Origin: Bacillota bacterium
Lineage (GTDB): Bacteria > Bacillota > JAAYKD01
NCBI GenBank assembly: GCA_963666425.2
Contig: OY762825.2
Coordinates: forward strand, 1,600,001 to 1,664,000
DNA: 64,000 nt
Reading direction: 5' to 3'
The notes below the pieces were generated by a model that saw only the letters and a list, made by a program, of their open reading frames with translations, made no database searches and had not been told where the DNA came from. Positions within the stretch are counted from its first letter, which is position 1. Every line of letters starts with the position of its first letter. Below are positions 32,102 to 40,949 of this stretch, in pieces. Made by a program: the position numbers and the translations under genes.

Positions 32102-33090
32102 AAAGTGACCCCGCTGTCGATTTTTTTCAAAGCAGAGTCCACAATCATGCCGATCAATGCCTGATAACTGATCCCGTTTAATTGGCATAAAATCGGTAAG
32201 TCGGAATAATGCGGGTTGAGTCCTGCCAGAGGATTGACTTCCAGAAAATTCGGGATCCCTTCGGCGTCCATCTTCAAATCAATCCGACCGCCGTCCCGGC
32301 AGCCCAAACCACGCCATACCTGCAGAGCGACAGCCGTACATTGCTCACGCAGTTCACCTGTCACCAGGCTGTATTTTACTTTTTCCAGATAATTAATTTT
32401 CGTTTGATAGGAATATCCCTCTGCCCAATCCGCTTCATTCAGCAAAATTTCCATGACGCCGAGCGCTCTTGCTTCGTTGCCGGTTCCTGCGATACCAACC
32501 GTAAATTCGCGGCCGGGCAAGTATTGTTCCACCAAGACAGGCTGATCGAAATTGGCCAACAGCAGCAGGCAGGCCTCCTGCAATTCTGCCTGCGTTTGTA
32601 CTGCCGAATGCCGTCCGATGCCTTTGCTGGAACCTTCCGCAACCGGCTTGACAAACATCGGAAAGCCAAATTCGCAGACTTCAATCGTATCGCCCCGTTG
32701 GAAAACTTCAAATTGCGGGGTGGCAATCCCCATATCGCGGATGATTCTTTTGGTAGCTGCTTTGTGTAAAGCCAAGGCTAAAACCAAGGGATCAGAAAAA
32801 GTATAAGGAATGGCATAAGCATCAAGCAGCGCCGGTACCTGTGCTTCTCTGCTGAGACCATGCAGCCCTTCGGCAATATTAAAAACCAAATCCCAGCGCT
32901 GTCCTTCGGCTAACTGCCGAACCAAATTTTTAATATTGCCGATCCGGACTGTTTCATAACCGAAAGCATGCAATGCTTCTTCCAATGCTTCGATGGTTTC
33001 CGGTTCATCAAGCTCAGCAGTTTCTTCTTTGGAATATCCCGCATTGAGATATTCGCGGCGAAGATCAAATGTGATGCCTATTCGCATCAA
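32098..33090 (-). CDS. Ddl-like ATP-grasp ligase 1
   Basis: FNIAEG, KPVAEGSSKG, EQYLPGREF, RIDLK, EVNPLAG. Confidence 0.88.
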   Translation of the reverse strand: MMRIGITFDLRREYLNAGYSKEETAELDEPETIEALEEALHAFGYETVRIGNIKNLVRQLAEGQRWDLVFNIAEGLHGLSREAQVPALLDAYAIPYTFSDPLVLALALHKAATKRIIRDMGIATPQFEVFQRGDTIEVCEFGFPMFVKPVAEGSSKGIGRHSAVQTQAELQEACLLLLANFDQPVLVEQYLPGREFTVGIAGTGNEARALGVMEILLNEADWAEGYSYQTKINYLEKVKYSLVTGELREQCTAVALQVWRGLGCRDGGRIDLKMDAEGIPNFLEVNPLAGLNPHYSDLPILCQLNGISYQALIGMIVDSALKKIDSGVTL

Positions 33091-33515
33091 TGCCTACCAC
33101 CCTTCGTGATCTTTCTGATTCATGATCTTTTTTAACTGAATGTAAGCAATTTCAAAATACCAACCGGTATTTCCTTCTGAAATTGTCTTTTCCGATTTCT
33201 AAAACTTGCTCTATCCTAACAAATTTAGCACCCGAATACAATAGGAAAAACGAGAAAATCCACAGCTTTTTTTCACATTTTGCAGAGAAAACTCTTACCT
33301 GCAAACGAGGTTACCCGTGCTGAACAGAGAAAGAAAAGTCCTGCCAACTACAAACTTGCAGAAGCACTTTGGCAGAATTGGATGAGATTGGCTGCCCTCC
33401 TGCCCGACATTCAGCCGGTTTGGCGTCATCAGGAGGTGAGGAGATAAAGGGAAACTCAAAACCTTACTCGAATTAAACAAACAATGCGTCAGTTCAGAAC
33501 AAAGAAGGTGTTTTC

Positions 33516-34430
33516 ATGCCGGATAAGCTTTCCTTGATTCGGGATATCCCCTCCTTCCCCGAATGGAGCCAGATCACCGAATTGCACGGCGGCAACTCCA
33601 AGGAATTCAAGTTTCGCCTGCAGAATGCCGATGGGCAGCTTTGCACGCTGCGCGTGACATCGATTGATCGTTTTCAGCTTGAACAACAGGAATATGCCAA
33701 TCTGACCCGACTGGCGCCTTTTGATCTGCCCATGCCAAAGCCATTGCAATTTGGGCTCTGCAACGGCGGCAATCATCTCTATATGCTGTTGAGTTGGATT
33801 GAAGGTAAAACTGTAGCCGATTTACTGCCCTTGCGGACGGAAGCGGAGCAATACGAGCTTGGTTTGAAAGCCGGCTCTCTGCTCGCGCGCCTGCACCACC
33901 TGTCCGTGATTCCCTCATCGATCGATTGGAAACGGCATTATTCAGAAATCGTCGACAAGATTCTCGGCAGCTATTGGATCAGCGGCATTGTTTTAGACAA
34001 TGAGAAGATTGGCCTGGACTACCTGCGTAACCATAAAGATTTATTGGAAGGCAGACCCTTAGTGGTGAAACACGGAGATTATCATGCCGCCAACTTGATA
34101 TTAACACCGGAAAACACGATGGCGATGATCGATTTTGACCGCTGCGTGATCAGTGACCCTTACGAAGAATTTGCCATTTTGGTTTGGACAGCAGCCAAAC
34201 ACCCGGCCTTTGCCAAAGGGCAGATTGCCGGTTATTTCAACGGACCGATACCAACTGACTTTTTCCCCTTATTGGCTTACTATATTACCGTTTATGCCTT
34301 TGAACATGTCACTTGGGCGCTGGGTTATGGTAAAAACAGTCCTGCCTTGATCAAAAAAACCGCCGAGGATTTGCTCGACCTGTTTGAAGGTTATCGGCAG
34401 CCTTTGCCGCGCTGGTATCGCAATTCCTAA
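33516..34430 (+). CDS. Aminoglycoside phosphotransferase/choline kinase-fold protein
   Basis: HGDYHAANL (Brenner motif) and IDFD. Confidence 0.85.
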   Translation: MPDKLSLIRDIPSFPEWSQITELHGGNSKEFKFRLQNADGQLCTLRVTSIDRFQLEQQEYANLTRLAPFDLPMPKPLQFGLCNGGNHLYMLLSWIEGKTVADLLPLRTEAEQYELGLKAGSLLARLHHLSVIPSSIDWKRHYSEIVDKILGSYWISGIVLDNEKIGLDYLRNHKDLLEGRPLVVKHGDYHAANLILTPENTMAMIDFDRCVISDPYEEFAILVWTAAKHPAFAKGQIAGYFNGPIPTDFFPLLAYYITVYAFEHVTWALGYGKNSPALIKKTAEDLLDLFEGYRQPLPRWYRNS

Positions 34431-34542
34431 AACAGAATCGCAGCCCCGCACTGTTTACCCTATACTTCTGTTTCGCACAACATAAAAGACCCCCTCCGCA
34501 TTTTATGATGCAGACGGGGATCTTTTTACTTTAGCGTTTGAA

Positions 34543-35373
34543 TCAGACATTGCCAAGCAGCACATGCCGGAGTCGCTTTTGAGCGACAGCAGCTAATTTC
34601 TGCAGAACTCCTAAGTCGGTTGGCTCTAGATCTAACCGGTTGCGATGCGGGAAGAACCGCGTGATGTGCAGCGGGATCTCATCGTCGAGCTCCGCCACCC
34701 AGGCGGAAAGCTGACGCATCTCTTCCTCTGTATCGTTTTCACCGGGAACGATCAGCGTTGTCAATTCCACATGAGCATTCTGCCAAGCCTGTCGGATAAA
34801 TTGCAAAACCGTCTGTAAATCGCCGCCCAGTTTGCGATAGTACGCCTCACTAAAGCCCTTCAAATCGATATTGAGGGCATCCAGATAGGGCAGCACCTGC
34901 CGCAGCGTCTCTGCAGTGACCGAGCCATTGGTCACCAGCACATTCTGCAGACCGAGCCCCCTGACTTCTTTGGCGGTATCACGCACATATTCATAACCGA
35001 TCATCGGCTCATTATAGGTGTAGGCCACCCCGATATTATCCTTTGGAATCAGCACTTGCGCCAGCTGAGCCAATCGCTGCGGCGAATAATATTCCGTCTC
35101 AACCTGCCCAATGCCCGCCATGGAGATGGCATCATTCTGACAAAACGGGCAATCCAGATTGCAGCCGAAGCTGCCGACTGATAAAATTTGACTGCCCGGA
35201 TGAAAGAAAGCGAGCGGTTTTTTCTCAATGGGATCCAGCGCCAGAGAAGTGAGCAAACCATAATTGATCGATACACTCTTACCCAACTCATTCCTGCGCG
35301 CCTTGCAGAGCCCGGTCTGTCCCGGCTCGAGTGCGCAATGATGCATACAAACCGGGCAAATGATCCTAGACAT
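34543..35373 (-). CDS. AmmeMemoRadiSam system radical SAM enzyme
   Basis: N-terminal CPVCMHHC, DPIEKKPL, CNLDCPFC (CxxxCxxC), YTYNEP. Confidence 0.9.
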   Translation of the reverse strand: MSRIICPVCMHHCALEPGQTGLCKARRNELGKSVSINYGLLTSLALDPIEKKPLAFFHPGSQILSVGSFGCNLDCPFCQNDAISMAGIGQVETEYYSPQRLAQLAQVLIPKDNIGVAYTYNEPMIGYEYVRDTAKEVRGLGLQNVLVTNGSVTAETLRQVLPYLDALNIDLKGFSEAYYRKLGGDLQTVLQFIRQAWQNAHVELTTLIVPGENDTEEEMRQLSAWVAELDDEIPLHITRFFPHRNRLDLEPTDLGVLQKLAAVAQKRLRHVLLGNV

Positions 35374-36760
35374 GACGTACCACCTCAAATCTTTGCAGAC
35401 TAACCGTCTGCTTTTCAGTTATGCCGGCTTTCTGTTTCGCGATGGCGATCTGCTCCTCTACGCTGTCGACACCGTCCAGATTCGGCAACAGCAAACCCAA
35501 TTGCCGGCCGCTTCGCACAATCACACCATAACGTTTGACATCCAGCTGCTGCGCAGAAGCGATCTCCTCCGCTGCGCTCAAAACATCCACGCTGTATTCC
35601 AGTTCCGCTAATTCGGCTGCATTCACCGCCTGGAAGCGGGGATCCCGTGTGGCTGCGCTGATCGCATTCTGAATAATTTCCTGGGCAATCGAGGCGGTTG
35701 TCGGCGTGATCGTGCCGATACAGCCGCGCAGCTGACCGTTTTTATGCAGAGAAACAAAAGTAGCTGCTCTGGTTTGCAGCATCTCTGCCGGTAAATCCCG
35801 AGGGAGTGGCAGGATCGTATGGTGCAGAAGGTAGGCTTCCAAGGTTTGCCGCGCCAGATGCACATACGCATCTTCGGCTGCTTTCGCTTTTTGCAGCTTC
35901 GCTTCGGTTTTTTGCAAGATTGCCTCGAGAAAATGCCTGCTTTCGTCCCTGGCGAGAGGCAAGAAACTGCAAACACCGTAACCGACTCCGAAGGGACCTT
36001 CATAGGAAAGCTGCTCTGCCTGAACAGCAAATCCGTCCAAAGCGCCGGCCATGATCACAAAGGAACGCTGACCGCATTCCGCCGCTTTTTCGCAGAAGCT
36101 TTCCTCAAATTCGAATAATTCCGCAAAATCCCCCTGCCGCATCACACGCATGATCCGCTGATCGTAAAGCAGACCTTCCGCAGCAAAACCGTAAGGGCCA
36201 TCCCGCTTTAACTTATGCGATAAATCTCCGCTGGCAATCAGAGCCACTCTGCGGCCTAAGCGATCAGCGGCTCTGGCAATCTGCATACCAAGACGGTAAT
36301 GCTCCGCCACCGGTAGACCGGATAAACCAATTCGCACAATTTTACAGGGGAGCTCGCCGTTGTTGCCTTGCTGCAGAAAATACAGCGGCACCAGGGTGGC
36401 ATGATCCAATGCCTGCTCCCGCTCTCCCAAAGTGCCGGCTGCCGGTCCGTTTTGTGCGCAAAGCCGGCTTAATTCCGTCACCAATTCGCTGTCATATTCC
36501 GCTGTGATGCGAATTTCTTTGGCAGCAAAACGACCAAAATCACCGGAAGCGCACTGTCCCGGTGAGATATGAAAATAATCAGAATAAAGTATGCTGTGCG
36601 GAGAGATGATCACAATCGTATCCGGCTTCGCTGCCAGGATCAGCCGGGTTGCCTTTTGATAAGCATCGACTGTTTTTTCAATCTTTTCTTGCTCGCCATG
36701 CCCGATCGCCGGAATGATCAGCGGCGGATGCGGAACCATGATTGCTGCGATGATACTCAT
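35366..36760 (-). CDS. AmmeMemoRadiSam protein: LigB/Memo-like domain fused to an AMMECR1 domain
   Basis: PHPP, ISPH, ASGDLSH; C-terminal FVSLHK..LRGCIG, RDPRF, GLLLP. Confidence 0.9.
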   Translation of the reverse strand: MSIIAAIMVPHPPLIIPAIGHGEQEKIEKTVDAYQKATRLILAAKPDTIVIISPHSILYSDYFHISPGQCASGDFGRFAAKEIRITAEYDSELVTELSRLCAQNGPAAGTLGEREQALDHATLVPLYFLQQGNNGELPCKIVRIGLSGLPVAEHYRLGMQIARAADRLGRRVALIASGDLSHKLKRDGPYGFAAEGLLYDQRIMRVMRQGDFAELFEFEESFCEKAAECGQRSFVIMAGALDGFAVQAEQLSYEGPFGVGYGVCSFLPLARDESRHFLEAILQKTEAKLQKAKAAEDAYVHLARQTLEAYLLHHTILPLPRDLPAEMLQTRAATFVSLHKNGQLRGCIGTITPTTASIAQEIIQNAISAATRDPRFQAVNAAELAELEYSVDVLSAAEEIASAQQLDVKRYGVIVRSGRQLGLLLPNLDGVDSVEEQIAIAKQKAGITEKQTVSLQRFEVVRHV

Positions 36761-37014
36761 TTTGCTTCTCCTTTCGCAAAATAAACTGCCATAAGGTTCA
36801 AGAAGTTGATTCTAAATAGATTGGATCATAGAAATAACGCTGGACCAAACCTCAGCGTCTTTTATTTATTTGGCGTCCGAGAACCAATGAGGATAAATTC
36901 TAGAAACTGTCTCACTCTTCCTTGTTTGCAGCCAGGAAGGAAAAAATTACCGCAACAGCGTATTAATTAAGAGGATCTACCCGACCTAAGCAACCACTTG
37001 AAAGGAGCCATTCG

Positions 37015-37410
37015 ATGCCAAACACAAACCAGCAGGAAAAAGAACTCAGCATTCGGCTTTCTTCTGTCGTTTTAGATTGCCGGGATGCCAATCAACTAGC
37101 CGATTTTTATGCCGCCCTGCTTGGCTGGGAAAAACACAGCCAAGATCCTGAATGGATTTTTGTCAAGCAAAAAGATCGTTATCCGCTTCTTTTATTTCAA
37201 CAAACCAACGAGTATCTTGCACCGGTCTGGCCGGATACGCCTGATCAGCAACAGAAGAGCGTCCACTTGGATTTTGGTGTTTCTGACCTGGAGCAAGCGG
37301 TAAAACATGCGCTGCAATGCGGCGCCAAGAAAGCGGAAGTGCAATATTCCGATCACTGGATGGTGATGATCGATCCTGCCGGGCATCCCTTTTGCCTGGT
37401 AAAGAACTAG
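37015..37410 (+). CDS. VOC/glyoxalase family protein
   Basis: LADFYAALLGW, HLDF, DPAGHPFC. Confidence 0.88.
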   Translation: MPNTNQQEKELSIRLSSVVLDCRDANQLADFYAALLGWEKHSQDPEWIFVKQKDRYPLLLFQQTNEYLAPVWPDTPDQQQKSVHLDFGVSDLEQAVKHALQCGAKKAEVQYSDHWMVMIDPAGHPFCLVKN

Positions 37411-37424
37411 GAGAGACCCATTTT

Positions 37425-37474
37425 TTAAAAAAGCGATTGATCCAAAGTAAAATTTGGATCAATCGCTTTTTTAA
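37425..37474. terminator. Bidirectional terminator
   Basis: ttaaaaaagcgattgatccaaa / tttggatcaatcgcttttttaa between convergent genes. Confidence 0.75.
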
Positions 37475-38617
37475 TTAATATCGAAAGAGCGCTGCGATGC
37501 CGCTGATTCCGGGCATTTTTTCCTTCGGCAGGACGACAACTTCCCCTTTATCCTGTAGAATATTCTTGATCAATGCATCCAGCACATTGCCATAACCGGC
37601 TTGGTCGCTGGTCCCGAATTTCAATTTACCGGTCGTCTCATCAAACTTACCGAGGATCACCTTACCGTCTTCCACGATCAATTTCTTGACTTTCTTTAAA
37701 TAGACGGCATCTGCAATATCTTCCGGAAAATCAGAGCCTTTACCGCTGGCCTGTGCCGCTTGGAAAGCTTCCACCAAGGTCTTTGTCTTGGCCAAATAGG
37801 AAGACAAAACTATATTCCAGGCGCCTTCCCGCAGCTGCTCTTTATTCAAAGCATCCGGCGAGACTTCGATCCCCTCCTTCATCAGATAGGGATTATTGCT
37901 GAGCGCTTTAAATTCGCCTTGATATTCCGTTAAGGAAACCAGAACCAAGGGGAGTTTCATTGTTTTTGAATAATTTTCCAAAACAAATTTGTCTATATAG
38001 CGGAAGAACTTCTCCAAGTCCTTTTCGTTCTCATCATTCTTGCCGCCGTGACCGTAAAATACCGAACTGCCACCGGCTTGACTCGATCTTTGCCCCAGAG
38101 ACGGCTCTGAGAGGGTGGCACCGAGAATCTCGTTCATGGTAGTCGGTGTAGCCGCCGGTAATTCCAATGGCTTGATTTCATAGCGATTGCCCTGATAGAG
38201 AGAAAATTCACTGCCGCCTAAACCGAGCAGGAGATACTGATCGGAAGATTGAAAGGCTCTGATCAGCGGCATAATATGAAAATCATTCGCCACAACCGCC
38301 AGATTCGGCATCGTTCTGGAGAGACTGTAAACGATACATTTTTCCGGATTGGCCAGCACGGCAATGCCATCGAGGCTATTGTTCCAGAACGCGGCATCCT
38401 CTTTTAAATCGTAAAAGGGCTGCATCAGCGCTGTCGTTTCTGTCAGGTTATATTTCCGTTCCAGCTCCTGTTCAATGGTTTGGATCAGATTTTTGAACAC
38501 GATCGGATCCTGCTTTTTATCAGGCGAATTTCGATGGGTGGTTTGATACAGTGAAATACATGGTTTTGCGGCAAGAAACATCATGGGATTCGGAAAATCT
38601 TTTACAATTTCAAACAT
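37475..38617 (-). CDS. Bacterial aeRF1-like (baeRF family) protein
   Basis: CISLYQTTHR...QDPIVFKNL, FHIMPL, YGHGG, C-terminal G..VVLPKEKMP..IAALFRY. Confidence 0.65.
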   Translation of the reverse strand: MFEIVKDFPNPMMFLAAKPCISLYQTTHRNSPDKKQDPIVFKNLIQTIEQELERKYNLTETTALMQPFYDLKEDAAFWNNSLDGIAVLANPEKCIVYSLSRTMPNLAVVANDFHIMPLIRAFQSSDQYLLLGLGGSEFSLYQGNRYEIKPLELPAATPTTMNEILGATLSEPSLGQRSSQAGGSSVFYGHGGKNDENEKDLEKFFRYIDKFVLENYSKTMKLPLVLVSLTEYQGEFKALSNNPYLMKEGIEVSPDALNKEQLREGAWNIVLSSYLAKTKTLVEAFQAAQASGKGSDFPEDIADAVYLKKVKKLIVEDGKVILGKFDETTGKLKFGTSDQAGYGNVLDALIKNILQDKGEVVVLPKEKMPGISGIAALFRY

Positions 38618-38786
38618 TTTATTTTCCCTCCTTATGAACTGAAATTGCGATCGAATCCGCTTCGAACACAGCTCAAGCATATCATGCCGTTTGAAGGATG
38701 TCAATGTTAATCGTAAATGGAACTAAATAAGGTGCCTATTTTAGAATTCATGGCTCGGAAGGCAGAAAAGCCGCTTGACCTGATCT

Positions 38787-39329
38787 TTAGTTCTTATATT
38801 GATTGCCTTCTCTGTAACCCTGCCCGATGCTGCTGCCTATAGAATAATATCGGTTATCCAAGCCATAGAGAATTGTCTGCAAGCCAGATAGATTAGCCAA
38901 ATCAACATCCTGACGGATTATTTGTTGCAGCACTTGCACGACATAAATAACACGCTGTTCTACTTCTACCCGCCGCGCGACTTGGCAAAGCAGAGCCACC
39001 GGCATCGATTCAATCACAGGAAGATCTCTATGCCAAGTATAAGCAAACAATCTCGCTTTATCTGCGGTGCGCCCCGAAACCATTCCACAGTAATCTACCT
39101 CGGCTAACCATTTTTGTTCCGGTAAATTAACGCTAAGCCAACCGGTTTTATCAATCATTTCCCGTGAAAGATGATTTTGATGTAGACTCAACATCAGCAG
39201 GGGGGGATTGATGCCGGCAATCGCTATGTCGCCAATTGTGGTGAAATTCGCTTTTGGCTGATCGGATCCGCAATTAACTCCAATGATAACAATCGGCACC
39301 GGATGCAGCAGCGGCAATATTCTATTCAT
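38787..39329 (-). CDS. Flavin reductase family protein
   Basis: PVPIVII, SVNLP, DYCGMVSG...DK. Confidence 0.8.
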   Translation of the reverse strand: MNRILPLLHPVPIVIIGVNCGSDQPKANFTTIGDIAIAGINPPLLMLSLHQNHLSREMIDKTGWLSVNLPEQKWLAEVDYCGMVSGRTADKARLFAYTWHRDLPVIESMPVALLCQVARRVEVEQRVIYVVQVLQQIIRQDVDLANLSGLQTILYGLDNRYYSIGSSIGQGYREGNQYKN

Positions 39330-40234
39330 AATACCACCTCATATGCAAATCTTCCCTTCGTTTGCCGAGCAATGGCTGCCAGGACGGCGGTACTTCGTTT
39401 TTCGCAAAAAAAGTATCGTAACGAATGCTGCATAAATCCTCCAAGCATATTGGCTTTGTCTGCGCTGCATGTAGATGCAGCGGATAGTTCGTGCCGTTTG
39501 GCAGTGATTGAATTTGATCCTGCCGAAATGTTTTGAGTACGGCAGCTGTGAAAACCGCTTGATGCAGGAAAAGAGTGTTGCTGTATTTCTCGTTCAGCAA
39601 TGCCTGTAGATCCAAACGCGGCAGCAGCCGGCAGAGTGCCGTTCGAGTCAGGCCGAAAATCTGCGAAGTCCGTTGCTGATAAACCATGCCAACATTAAAA
39701 TAAGGGTAGATCCATTCAGCAGAGATACCGGTGCGGACAGGGAATTGTTCCGTAGGATCCAAGGCAAAATACTTCATTAGTATTTGCCAGAGTAAACTGC
39801 GCTCCTCTCCATAGAGATCACCGATATTTCGCTGATCAACTGGATTCAGCCGCAACGCAGCTTTTGAAGTGAATTCTGGTTTTTTTAGAAAAAAACTATC
39901 GATATCGAGCCAGAGCAGTGGACAAGTCGCTTTTTCTTCAAAAGCTGCAGCCGCAAACATTTTGTCAATAAAAGGGATGGCACGAAAGTCCTTTGGCAGA
40001 ACAAAGCGTAATTCCCGTATTCCCTTCAAATCGACAGGACAGGTGTGCTGTAAAACAACAGTTAATTCTGCCTGCGGCAGACAGCGTTGAATTGAGTCAG
40101 CCAAACACTTGTGCATGCGGTAAATAAGCAGGATGTCCCAAAAAGCAACCAATCTGCAGCGGCGGAGGGAGATCTTCAGCAACTTTGGCTTGCGGATTTT
40201 GATCGGAGTTTTCCAAAACCGGTTTTGTTGACAT
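39322..40234 (-). pseudogene. Glycosyltransferase-like (DxD) protein with a single-base frameshift near 40104
   Basis: GGAGGTG RBS plus ATG at 40234 reads MSTK...YLPHAQV and then stops; removing one T joins the long frame LADSIQR...WLDID...YFNVG. Confidence 0.55.
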
Positions 40235-40466
40235 AACACACCTCCCATTTTTAGTGAAACAAACCGCCTATAGATTCCATATAATTGGTGCATTTCCCTT
40301 TTAATTGGAATCAGTTGAAAAAATTCACTTCCTTTGGTTTTTTGATAAAAGAAGATAACAGAAACAAAATTCACCATCTGTTCATAGATTTCTCTCTCCG
40401 TTCGTGTATAATAAGAAAATATTAATTACTTAATGATTCAATGCTTAAATATTAAGGAGGAAACAA

Positions 40467-40949
40467 ATGGATAATCAATTGAAAGATCAATTGGTTTTAG
40501 CCATGCTCCGCTTAAGAAAAGTGAGTATGGTTTATCCGCAGGAACTCAATATCCGCATGGGAGAACTCTTTTTGATGAACAAGATTGCCAAGAACATCGC
40601 CTGCTGTGAGCAGAATTTTCAGGCATCCGATTTATCGAGCCATCTTTTTATTACAAAACCCGCTGTCTCGCAAATGCTGAATTCGCTTGAAAAAAAAGGT
40701 TACATCAGCCGGGAAATCGACAAAAATGACCGGCGTAAGCGCGCAGTCATGCTGACGGCCGCAGGACAGGAGATTTTGGAAAAGACCAAAGCCTATACCG
40801 ATCATAAGCTGGAAACCACCATTCGCTGCTTCGGCGAGGAAAACACACGGCAATTGATCGCCTTGTTCACCCTGCTTTCCGATATTTCCGAAGATCTCAA
40901 TCAGAAAAACTTACAACCAAAGGTTAAGGGAGAAGATCATCTTGATTAA
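40467..40949 (+). CDS. MarR family regulator
   Basis: ITKPAVSQMLNSLEKKGYI, DRR...LTAAG. Confidence 0.9.
   Translation: MDNQLKDQLVLAMLRLRKVSMVYPQELNIRMGELFLMNKIAKNIACCEQNFQASDLSSHLFITKPAVSQMLNSLEKKGYISREIDKNDRRKRAVMLTAAGQEILEKTKAYTDHKLETTIRCFGEENTRQLIALFTLLSDISEDLNQKNLQPKVKGEDHLD

Noticed and set aside
29719-33090. van-type glycopeptide resistance cluster
   Set aside because: No vanH/vanX/vanRS neighbours, and the ligases lack the canonical Ddl/Van N-terminal motif
33396-33436. Hammerhead ribozyme or fluoride riboswitch (CUGAUGA on the minus strand)
   Set aside because: No GAAA core after the stem, and no 5' GGxGAUGG element
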